Shown here: positions 51,101 through 63,100 of the stretch, piece by piece | Position numbering within the stretch: position 1 is the stretch's first letter | How the letters are laid out: each line of letters opens with the position of its first letter | Origin: Candidatus Omnitrophota bacterium | Lineage (GTDB): Bacteria > Omnitrophota > Gorgyraeia > Zapsychrales > JANLHA01 | Reading direction: 5' to 3' | Assembly: GCA_038222225.1 (NCBI GenBank) | Contig: JBBRHV010000001.1 | Span: 13,864 to 77,863 of the forward strand | DNA: 64,000 nucleotides | The notes under the pieces: generated by a model | Databases searched by the model: none | What the model was told of the DNA's origin: nothing | What the model saw: the letters and a program-made list of their open reading frames with translations, nothing else | Translations under genes and position numbers: made by a program

Positions 51101-54100
51101 AGAAGATTATCCGAAAGGAACCAATGGACGCAACTGGCGGGCAAGGATGATTTTTGCCATTATTATAGGTATGAAGCTCATTGCGGGTCTTTATATGTTC
51201 AAGTGGTTATCTGTACCAGTTGGCATTGCCTGGAAAGGCACTGTGCTCTTGCCGGCAGTTCTGGGCGGAGGCACGTTGATCGGCGGAAACTTATTGATTG
51301 TGGGTCTGTTTGGAGTCGTTTTTGCTGGGATATTCCTGCTGGATATTTTTGCCTATTTCTATCTGGTCGAGACGGTGCTTGGGACTTGGATCGCCCGTTA
51401 TCAAGGGATCAATCGCGTGCATAGCTGGAGACGCAACTCGCTGAGCGAAGGCGCTTGGATGCTCTCTCTGTTTGGATTGCTCAAATGGGTCTTGCCGGTC
51501 AACGCCGCTCTTATTCAGCAGTATCTTTTGCTTGGTATTGGATATGTTGTTAAGAGCAGCACTGTCATTGCCTTCTTCAGTACACCGGTAGGCGGGGTCG
51601 TTATGGTTGTTGGTGTGGTCATCTTGCTATTGGCTTTAAGGGCTATTGTAAACGCAATTTTAAGTTCAATGGGATTTGAACGCATTGGGGGCGATACGTT
51701 TGTAGAAATGTTTGGTAAAGCGCAGAAACAATTTGCTAATAAAATTCTTCCGTCTTCGGTGGTCCGGCCGGATGGCACCAGGGCGGCATTGACAGCGCGT
51801 GAAAAGTTTGTGGCCTGGGTCAAGGCGTGGAACATGATCGTTCATCAGATGAGAGAAGATGATATTATCGGCGATGAAGAGGAGAAGAGATTAAGCTATA
51901 AGTTCACAGGAGAGTCTGAAGAGGATTTCTTGGAGATCACAGGTAAGATCACAGGGCCGGATCTGACGGTTACACCTAAAGACGGACGCGCACGCAAGCG
52001 CCTGCAGCATTTCATCTCTACCTTATTTATGGATATGGAGCAGACCCCGATTTGGGAGAGAATGTATTTGTTCTCTGCTGTGTGTCCAATCTTTGAAGAG
52101 CCGAATATGTATCCGTTTAAAGATAAGTCGGTTGGGGTTTACGATGCTATTAATGAAGTATACAAGACAGGAAAGACGTTCTTGACGCATATTATTTCAA
52201 AGGTTCCGCATCAGTGGCAGTATTTTATTCAGCGCATGGAAGACAAATTGCAGATTTTTACAGAAGAAATGACTGAAAAAGCAAAGACGAATCCGAAGAT
52301 CACTCAAGACATGATCGATGAGGCTGTCAGTCGTAAGCGGGATGATATTGCGGCCATGAAGGCGCTTGGTATGGGTCAGAGGCTGGTGCTTAAGGATACC
52401 GAGATGATCAATGAGGTCCGGGCCTGGGTCAGCTACCGCTTCCAGCCGTTCTCCCGTACAGCGCGCGGGATCATGACGTATCATCAAATGTATGAGTTCC
52501 AGGCTAAGGTCAATTATCCGACCGCAGAAGCTCTGAATGCCACACAGAAGATCCGGGGTGAGAAGCCGGAAGAAAAGAAGAAGAGTTACGTGCAGCGCAT
52601 TATAGACATTGTTAATGAGAAATTTGAATTTGTGGTTGGGGATTTTGTTTACGGGGGTCATCGGAATGGTACAGACGGATCTCCTGAAGCCATGCTCAGA
52701 GATGATATGCATGCGCTTATGGCCAAGTTCCCGGGAGGCATTAAGCTTGTGTATTGTGCAGCTCCAGATAAAAAGAACCCTAATTATGCACCAGTAAAAG
52801 TTGAGTATTTTGCAGGTGTTCCGACACAGGAAGATCGGGATGCCGGTGTGATTATGCATGAGTATGAGGATGAATATACTCATCAAATCACCGGATACTT
52901 GAAACAGGTCCGCGCCTTTAATATTCATAGTTATTTCTTTGCCGGCCAAGGAAAACCGGTCAACCAGAATAACATGTTCCGTTTCACCAAAGGTGAGATC
53001 ACGCAGATGATGGATATGAACCAGGATATGTATCTGGAGGAGACGTTTAAGGCGCCAAGCATGATGGAAGAGTTCCGTAAAGATCCTAAGATCGCGATCA
53101 TAGGGTTCCCTGAAGATATCTTTACAGATTACTTCAGCCCTGCCGGTGCTGTCCACGCCTTCGGAGATCGGACATTTGTCACCATGGTTCAGAGGGTCTT
53201 AGAGTTTATGGGGATCCGCTTCCATTACGGGCATCCGGACTTTGTCCGTACCAATGCCTTTAGACAGCTGGGCTTATTGAGCGCGCCGTGGGTGAACGAA
53301 GACATTTTTGGCGCGTATAAAGCCATGCTTTATGGGCAGAAAGTGATCAATCGCGAAACCATGCAGGCGGGTAAAGCGCGGGAAGCTATGTATATTGCTT
53401 TGATCGGTATTTCAGAAAAATTCGGCGCCGGCGGATCTGAACAGCCGTTGACATATATTGTTCAGCTCCTTAACCGTTCAGGCATTTTCGGATTTGCGCA
53501 AGGATTTATGCATGTGGTCGCGTCCATGGGTTATTTCTTGCGCAAGGAAGTCATCGTTCTGACAAATAACAACTATATTTTGATCCTCCTGTTCTTAGGG
53601 GTGAGCGCGTTTGCGGCCTTCCCGAACGAGTTGACATGGGGTCTGATTGGTTTATTGATGTCACAGGCCATTACCTCTACCGGATGGGCTCAGGTCTGTA
53701 TCGAAGATGGGTTGATTTTAGGAACTATTCGATTTATAAAATTGTTCCCGTCTTTGGCCATGACATACATGTCTTTGATTTATAACGCTTTTGCTCCGGG
53801 AAGCAGAAAAGCGTATGTGAATCAAGCCGGCTATGTGGCAACAGGTCGGCCTCCGGGGCTTCAGCACATGTATCCGTTCAGGCCGACGAACCATATTCTT
53901 GTTAAGTTAAGGGTCATTGCCGGCGATCTTTATGGACATGTAAACTTGAGCGGATATGCCTGGGTGGTTCCGATGGTCGCGATCTTAGTGAGCGGCCTTA
54001 TCTTGTGGCTGAATCCTGGTCAGGTGTATTCATTATTCTTTATTATGTTAATCCTGTCCAGTATGTTTGCTCCGTTTATCCTGAGCCCTGGTTCTACACC

Positions 54101-57100
54101 GATCACCATGGGTATCCGCCGTTGGTATAAACAGCATTTCACGGATGATGTTCCGAGATTCTTTGAGAAGATCGATAGTTTTGGGAAGGAGGACACCATT
54201 AAAGATGTCCTATTTTCTGGGAAAACCAAACCTGAGCCAGCTGGTTTTGAAATGAACAAAGAGTTCAAGAAAAACGGAGTACAGCATGTAACAATTAATG
54301 GCCAGGATCTTACAGTCGGAAAAGAGGTTTTAACGGTAATGGATGTAAACGGAGTTTCTGAACCGACCGGCTATAAGGTTAAGGAAATATTCAAGAATAA
54401 GGTGGTTCTCGAAAAAGGAAAAGAAGATTTTATTGTACACAGAATGAATGCTTATTATGGAGCCGCCAGAATAGTAATAGTGGCAGTTGTAATAGGAGCG
54501 GTGTGGCTTATTCCGGGCAATTACCTTTATATAGGAATTATTCTCTTCAGCATTTTCTACCTGGGGTTAGGCTTTGTTTCAGATGCCAAGAATCTTTGGG
54601 CTAAGATCTTAAAACTCAAAAATATTCAGAAGATTCTGAACCATCCAAAAGTTAAAAAGATCCGGGATGATCAAGCAAAGAAAGCCAAAGAGCGTAAGGA
54701 TGAGCTAGCAAACGGCAAAGAGCGCTCAACAGCTGAAAAGGTTCGGGATTTTCTGACATTACCGAAAGGTAAAACTTTACGGGATATTATTAATCTTTAT
54801 ATGACAGGCATCATTGTCATGTTGATGTTGACCGCGTTGGGGGTTGTTACATCGGTTATTGTTGCCGCTCCATATACGGCCGGGTTGTTTATTCGTGCTC
54901 AGATCAAGTTCTTACGTCTGCCGTCTTTGGCGAAGTTTGTCGGCTGGTCTTCTCTTGTTATTTGGCTAAGTAAGCTGGCTGTTCCGGCAATCTTATTATA
55001 CACAGGCGGGTTTGCGGCATTTTTGGCCGTGGTTGGGTTTGAGGTTATCATCGGATCCTTCGCATCAGGGCTGTTCACCGGAGAGGCCGAGGATGCACAA
55101 TTGGCCTTAGATATTCGTTCGCTCCATGAGGAAAAATCTCAGAGTGTAAAGGGTACAAACAGCGCGGTCTTGGCTAATCAGAAGAATGACGGCAAGAAAG
55201 ACCTCGCCCGCACTGAAGACGGCGAGGCATTGAATGACGGACAAGAAGCTTTCTTAAGAACATTGATCGATCAATATCAGGATCAGATCGCCGCGGGTGA
55301 GCCGGTCGATGCTGCGGTCATTGAGAAAATTGCCGCTCTCCTCAGAGAGCAAGGGTATGTTCATGTTGCCAATGCTCTTCTGAGTAAAACCGTTGTCCGC
55401 GGGCCTCCGTCATTGTTTACTGATTTTGAAGAAAGCATCCATAGAGTCCTTCTGGGTACTATCACAGGGACTCACATCATCATCAATCCGATGATCCTTT
55501 CTCATCCGGTGGAATTAGCCCGCACGATCATTCATGAAGCGGGTGCTTCTGCCGGGTTGTCCCATAACGAAAATAAAGAACTCGAAAAATTAGCGCATCC
55601 GCTTTTGGTGGCGATCGACGGCCTCTCAGCAACAGGGAAGTCCGCCGTTAGCGGTTATTTAAGCAAAGACCTCAAATTTGTCAATATCTCCATCGGGTTG
55701 ATCTACCGTTTCTTCGCCGCATTTATCAAACAATCCAATTTTGCGGTGCTCAGCGATCTCGAATTTGAGCAGCTCCGCGAGATGGCTGAAAAGATCAGCT
55801 ATGTGAAGAATGAAAACGGCGAGTGGAATTTTGTGGTTAACGGTCAGGTGATCAACAGCAATGATCCGGCGTACTTTAATCCGGAAATTGAGAAAGCACT
55901 CAGCGAGCATCTCTCCAAAAAACTCCATCCGTTAGTCCTTCCGGTGGCCAGAAGAGTTATCCGTCAGGTTTTGGCCAGCGGTGAGAACGTTGTTGTTGAG
56001 GGTAGGATTGCCTGTGATTATATCGCTCCATTTGCTGATGTGAAATTGAATATTGTTGCAGAATATTCTGTACGCGCGCAGAGACGGATGGAGCAGCGCA
56101 TCGCGCAGCATGGCATAGAGAAAGCCTATATGGATGCCATAGGCACCAAGAACGCGGCAGAATACCAGCAACGGGTGAGAATGGTCGCCCATGAAATTTA
56201 TGAAAAAAGTGGGCATAAGCCCGGGAATGACCTGGCCAATTGGGCGGAGGCGGAAAAGAGGGTCAGAGCTGAAATGGCTTCTAAGATCGAAGAGGGAGCA
56301 AGGACAGTGGAGGCGGAAAAGAGGGTCAAAGCTGAATTGGCTGCCAAGATTGAAGAAGGATTGCGGAGACGCGATAGAAAAGATCAGGAACATTTACCGA
56401 AAGCGCCAGTTCAGCCCGGTAATGTTGTTGAGATCGACACAACGCATGCCCATGGTTTGGATGAGACCATTAGCAAGGTTCAGAAAGTTATTTCTCAGGC
56501 CTATCTCAGCGGACGAACAGGCCTCAGCCCGCAAGTCGCAGAGGTGACGCAGCAATTAGCATCTTTGAAGGCAGGCGAAGCTATTCCAGAAAGCTTGAAA
56601 CAGGCCATTTTGAAGGTCTTGCCGGTGATCGGTGAATTGAGCGAAGCCAAGATCGTTCACACGTTCCGCAATCTTGAATATCTGCACAGATTAGCAGCGC
56701 AGGATTTTGATTATTTCTACGATCACTTAAGCGAGCAAGAACGCGCCACGGTTGAACGGGCAGAATATGTGGCAGCGTTACAGAGCATCTATAAAGCGTA
56801 TGCAGCGTTAAGCGCACAGGAAAAAGAAGCGTTATGGCTGACTGTCGCGCTTCATGACATCGGATATATCCGTGTTAAGGACCATACCCACATGAGAGTC
56901 GGGGCTGAGATGGCTCGCCCGATTTTGGAAAACATCGGATTGAACCATGAGCTGATCGACCTTGTGGTCTTTACAATCAGCCAGCATGGTTCTATCGGAA
57001 ATTTGGCCCTGGGTGAAACAACTCCGAAGACAATGTTAAAGGCTTTAAGCGCCGTCAGCCCGGCTCTTCGGGCTGGACGTGCCCGGTTTGTCCGCCTCAT

Positions 57101-60100
57101 GAACAGCATGGATCTTTGCGGGTGGCATGTTGAAGAAAGCCGCTTGACGCTTTATTGGCAGAAGATTTTTGAACAATTCAGCTCAATCGCTCAATTAGAA
57201 GCCGCGGCACAGGCTGGAAATTATCATACACATCGTTTAGAGAAGTTCGCCCGCACAGAATTCGAAAAACAAGCCACACCGGAAGATCTTGAGAGATTAA
57301 ATCAGACTATCGAAAAATTAGTTTCTGAAGATGAGCGAGAACAATTCTATGCATGGCTCAATTCAGATATGTACATGGATTATTATGAGCCTATTTTCTG
57401 GGGCTTAAATCAAGGTGATCCGTCATATGTATCGCTGGTTAAGTTATTAAGGACATATTTCCACATTACAACTTCATTGAACGGGAAAATGCCAGAGCTT
57501 CGTCTCTGTGAGATCACGACAACCTTCCGGGAAATTTCTTCAAGTATGAAACGGCAGTATATTATTAAAGAACTGAAGGCGATTTTGGCGCTGATGCCCG
57601 AGCAGTTCACATTGAGTGATGCTACGGTCCATTTGTCAGGCAATAACTGGGTCCGGTTCTTTGGAATTCCGCTGATTCTGAGGGGCCAGTGTCTTGTGAT
57701 CGACTTCCAGTATCTTCACTTCCGTGTTTTATTGTTCAAGCTGCGCGAAAGAGTTGGTCTCAAGCGCGGGTTCTCCCGTAAAACCGGATGGCAGGTTGAA
57801 GAAGCGGCCATGGATTTCACAGGCCAGCAGCCGCTTGTTGAATCAACATCGGAAACAGCGATGGAACGCGCGCAAAAAGCGCATACGGTTATCAGCTGGA
57901 TCTACAGCAGCCATGAAGCCTGCAAGGCATTTGTGCAGTATCTTCGCGGATATGCTGTTGGGCACACATACCGCAATCGATTGATGCCGTTGTATTTTAC
58001 TGTTTATAATTTCTTGGCAGGCCGGGCATTGAACGACCGGAGGGTCTTGTCTGCGGTCGAAGCAGATTTGTTAAAAGGCAATGTCACAGTTCATCATCAC
58101 GCATGGTTCGGAAGCGATGATGTGGCGGTATCCAGAAGTAAACATGGTTCAGCGGTCAATGTGGCTCAGCCAGCTAAACGCACATTCCGTATTTTGGTTA
58201 TGGGTTGTGCCGAGAAACCGAATGGGCGCGGATCGTTGGATGTCCTGAAAGAGATCCTGGACAGGCTGCCGAACCGGTCTGAATATAATATTGAGATCGT
58301 CGGAAATGACATCGCCTTCCAGGAAGAGTTTTACGCATTCAATGACAAAGGGACATGTTTAGGAAAGCGCCATACGCGTTTTGAATTTGATGAAAACGGC
58401 GTTTTTGTTGACCCGAATTCCGGGATCAGGTATGTCCGTATTGATATTACGAAACCGGAAAACAATCTGTTAAGTGGAGAATTTACGCCGGACAGCGGGT
58501 ATGATGTTGTCATCAACTCAAGAATTGCAGTTCAATATGGGGATTACCCGGATAAAGTCGAGAGCATCAGAAAGAATTCATTGAAGATTATTAATGAAGG
58601 CGGGCTGCTCCTGTTTGATACGCAGGATACTGACCATGCCGAAGTTTGGACAAAGGGAAACAACGGCGAAGCAATTCAAATTGGGTTTGCTGTTCCGTAT
58701 ATTGATATTTGGTCAGAGAGCAAGCGCGTTGAGAAGATCCTGGCTCGTATCTATGATGTCAATGGGGAAGATGCCGAACTTGTTCGCCAGGCATTCCACA
58801 TGAGGCTCGCATTTGCCGGGACACAAGGTTTAGTATTCGCGAGGAGCATCCTGGCTCAATTCTTGGGGATCTTTGGGGAGCAGCCGATTGCAATTGCGGC
58901 ATTCCTGTTGCGCGGGATCAGTATGGAAGCTGTTCAAGAGGTTTTTGGAGAGCAAACAGCGGCACAGATCGCGGCGATCAATGGGCTTATTCCTGCAGCC
59001 GATGAAGTCGTGATCTCAAGGCAAGCGTTGTGGGCATTTGAGAATTTCAACAGCCTTGAGCATGTGGAGATCCTTCCGGCCAACGTCGGCGTATTGGAGA
59101 ACCGTCAGATGTTGTATCGTGACGGGTTGTATCAGATTGAAGCTGCTACCGTCGGTGAAAAAATGGTTTTGATTATAAGCAAAGTTACGCCGGAGCAAAT
59201 CACATCCAAGATCATTGCGTTGCATGGTGAATATGCGGTTAAATATCAGAAAATGATCGGTGCGACAAACAGCGCGGTTCTGTCAAGCCAGAATGATGAG
59301 AGCAGCGCCAAGGTCATGGATGCCGATGCATGGGCACTTGATGCTAAGAACGTGTTTGAAGATGCTATCCGTAGTCTGATCGCTAAAGCCAGCCAGATCA
59401 TTCGCTGGTTAAAGATCAGACTCTATGTGACAGACCGTAGCGACAAAGTAGTGGCTAAAGAACAGCAAAGAGTTGAAGAGATGCCGTTAGCCGCAGCCGA
59501 ACCTCAGAGACCGAATCGCGTGGGTTCAGTGGTTCATACGTCAAGTTCGCATGAACAGAATCCGAACATGGCTGTTTGGAGACAGTATTTCGAAGGCAAA
59601 CTTGCGGCAGGTACAAACGCAGCTGTTTCCGCGCCTGACCGCATGGGCAAAACAACTGCCGATTATGAAGCTGAATTTGCTGCACGGTTCAATGATGCAA
59701 CCGACGCTGCATGGCAACAATTCCGCGCCGCGGTTGAAGCCAGCCCGGCTGATTATGCTCCTGTCTGGGTGAAGATTTTAGAGAAGGCAAAAGCAGGTAA
59801 GTCGGTGGAAACCGGTAAAGTGGTTGAGTTTGGAAAAACAGTTGAGTTGGTTGAGTTGGGCAAAGCAGTTGAGTGGGCTGGATCAAATGCAGCGGTTAAT
59901 TTGGTAAAGGCAGAAGATGTAATCGTTCGGTTTGACCGGTTCGCATTCTGGGTTTATGGCGCTACTCAATGGCTGAAGATCGCGCTTCATGTGACCGATT
60001 ACAGCGATCGGGCCGTGGCTAAAGAACAGGTTCGCGTGGAAGAGTCCCAGCTTCAACCGACCGGTCCGCCGGTTGGCTCCATGAATGTTAATCGTTTGAG

Positions 60101-63100
60101 TCGTAAAGGTTCAGTGGTTCATACATCAAGCTCTGATGTGCAGAACCCGAACCTGCCGGTTTGGAGAGGTTATTTCGAAGGCAAACTCTCCGCAAGCACT
60201 AACGCCGCCGTTCTTTCATCTGACCGCATGGGCAAAACCTCCGTTGATTATGAAGCTGAATTTGTTGCACGGTTCAATGATACAACCAACGCTGCATGGC
60301 AGGAATTCCGCGCCGCGGTTGAAGCTCATCCGGCAGAATATTCTTCTGTCTGGACAAAGATCGCAGAAAAAGCAAAAGCAGCCAAGGCGCAGGCAGAAAA
60401 GCCGGTTGAGTCGAAAGGAACAGTTCAAACGGTTGAGTTGGGAACGGCAAAAACTCTAAACGCTGCGGTATTATCCCGCCGTAATTTCATTCAGAGCATC
60501 GCGGTTGCAGGTGCTGCGATTTTAGCCGGCGGATGCGCTTCGCCTACGGAAAAAATGCTTCGCGGATGGTCCAATCTTTCCATTGAAGAGCAGCGCAAAC
60601 AGATCGAGGGTATGAAGGCGATCGCCAGTGAATTTAAGGCCAAGGATACCCGTGAATTTCTAACAGAACCAGCTTTGAGGTTCCTGGAGACTCAAGCCAA
60701 GATTTCACGTAAAGACGCACTGTCTATTCGCATTCTATTCACGTCTGATGAGATGTCATCGGTAATCGGGGTGTCGACTGACGCAGGAACGATGACGCGC
60801 GCGAAATTGGGAGAATTAAGGAATCGTTTCTTAAGACATGTTCCGTCAATGAGGGCTGAGTGGCAGGAAGCCTTTGATCTGATGGAACAAAATATTTTTG
60901 ACGGTCGGGATGTGGTGGTTGTTCTCAGGGAAAGTTTATTTGATACAGAGGCCTTGGATGACTTTAGAATTGCTCAGGTTGTTCACGAAGCTGTGCATTG
61001 GGCGCAATTCACGTTCCGCAGTAAAAAGATGGGCCTGTCCTTCGGGAGGGGTGCTGAAGAATATCTCGAGCTTGAAATTGAGAAGGAAGCCTACGCGCTG
61101 CAGATGCTGTATTTGGCAGGGCGCGGAAAAACCTGGGCAACAATAGCCGTATTTTTCGCCGGAGATGCTCCGAGCGGAAAGGCGGAGGTTGACGGGCCTT
61201 TGGCCGCGGAATTTGAACAGACCCGGTTTGGGCACGGATTGAAACAAATTTGGGATACGCGCGTTGCGCCGAAACTTTCGTCGGGTAAAGCGGTTGAGTC
61301 GGAACCGACCAATTCCGCGGTAAGCACATTTGTAGTACAAACCAAAAGTCCGGTGCTAGGTACACAGGGACGAAACCAAACCGTCAAAGACGGTCAGTTG
61401 TTCAATGTCACGCAGCGTTGGCTAGAGCCGCTTGTTGATGAAGGGGCGACAACAGGCGATTCGCTTGAAGCCAACGCTGCGGTGACGAACTATTTTGAGC
61501 GTTCTTCTGACAGCATGACCTTCTCAGGAAAAGGGCGAGTTGTTCCGGCAAGAACGCGACAGCTTCCGCAGACAATTGAAGAAGATATGCTGCCGGCCTT
61601 GCCGGCCTCAAGTTTACCGGAAAATACGCCGGTGCGCGAGCTTCCGGCAATCCCGAGCTTACCAATAAACATTCAGTTGATCGTGCCGGTGTTTGGCGGC
61701 GCTAACGGAAATGGAAATGGAAAAAGAAGAGGTGGTCCGTATTCGATGATCGCCTTTGCCAGGACATTGGGCGGTTCACGCGCGAATTTAAGAGCTCCGC
61801 GCAGCTTGAATGCTGATAATTTTGGAAAACGACATTTGGTCAATTCGGCTCTAAGAGCCTCAGGCCGTAATTTTGCTTCAACAGGTTTGAGTGACGTGGC
61901 GCATGGCTCAAATGGCGACGATGCTAATAGCGCTGTTACAAATAGCGACGAAGATTCGGATGCAGACGCTGCCACGGGTGCGTCCAACGTCGAAGGTGTG
62001 CGCGCGGTAAGAGAGCGGCGGTTCAATGTGGCTTGGTTGAGTTCACGTTCATTTGTCGCTGAACATAAGGATGGAACATGGGCTATTGTTTTTGAGGACG
62101 ATCTATTTTATGGCGTGGTCGGCAACACGATGCTCGACACTGTTAAATTCCTCCAGAGTGCCGGATTCAAGAACGCGATGGTGGTGGATGCGGGCAGCCG
62201 CGGAGCGTTTACCGCCAAAGGAAAAGAAGGGGCTCTCTTTAGTGAATCGCGCGTTCCGGGCAAGGGGCCGTACACATATTTGAATGTCCTGTCGAACCAT
62301 GATTTCCCGAAGACTCCCGCACCGTCACAGAAACCGGTCGGGAAAAATCATGCCGTACTCCATGGCGGTCAAAACGAGAAGCGAAAATCAGCTGCTGCAT
62401 TCAGCAAGGGCGCAGCAGTCATATCCGGGACCAACGCTGCTTCACACAATCATCACCGGAATAAAGGGTCAAAGGATAAAAAGGGGATTCAGGCTAGGGC
62501 AGTTTCAGATAAGAGATCATCAGCGAATAATCCTCGAAACATGGGTCGCCGCAACTTTATCCGAAATGCACTGTTGGCGGGCGGGGCCGCGGGACTTGGG
62601 TTTGGCGCCTGGTTCTCCTTGCGAGGACGCGCGTTTGATCCTCTGTTCTGGAAGGCCTTTGGTTTGAAGAAGGATCTCGCGCTGTTAATAAAGTATTTGG
62701 AACAGGTCGGCGAATGGTTGCGTTATAACGGTTATGCGCACATGGATGTTGTTGAAGCGTATCTTCAGGCCGTCCGTGAAAAAGCCGAAGTCATTGATCT
62801 CAATATCGGAAGTCAGGTTTTTGGAAAGGCCGAGGATCCTGTTAGCGGAGACATTCATATTGAATTGAATATCGGGTCATTGTTCCGTATGGCCGAAGCG
62901 GTTCAGACCATTTCTAAAATCGCCCAGCGTGAGCAGGGGGCTGGCGCCGCAAACGATACGACCATGTTTGTGCAGGTGATTGTTGAATCGTTGGTCCGTG
63001 AAGCCTGGGGTTATGACCTGATGGTGCGCAACCGTCCCGGACGCAAGCAGTTCGTGAACGTCTTTAATGATCTCCGGCTAAAGATTCAGGAAGCGGACCG

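Noticed and set aside
52197-53156. 319-aa minus-strand ORF
   Set aside because: Antisense shadow of the GT48 catalytic core; no recognisable motifs
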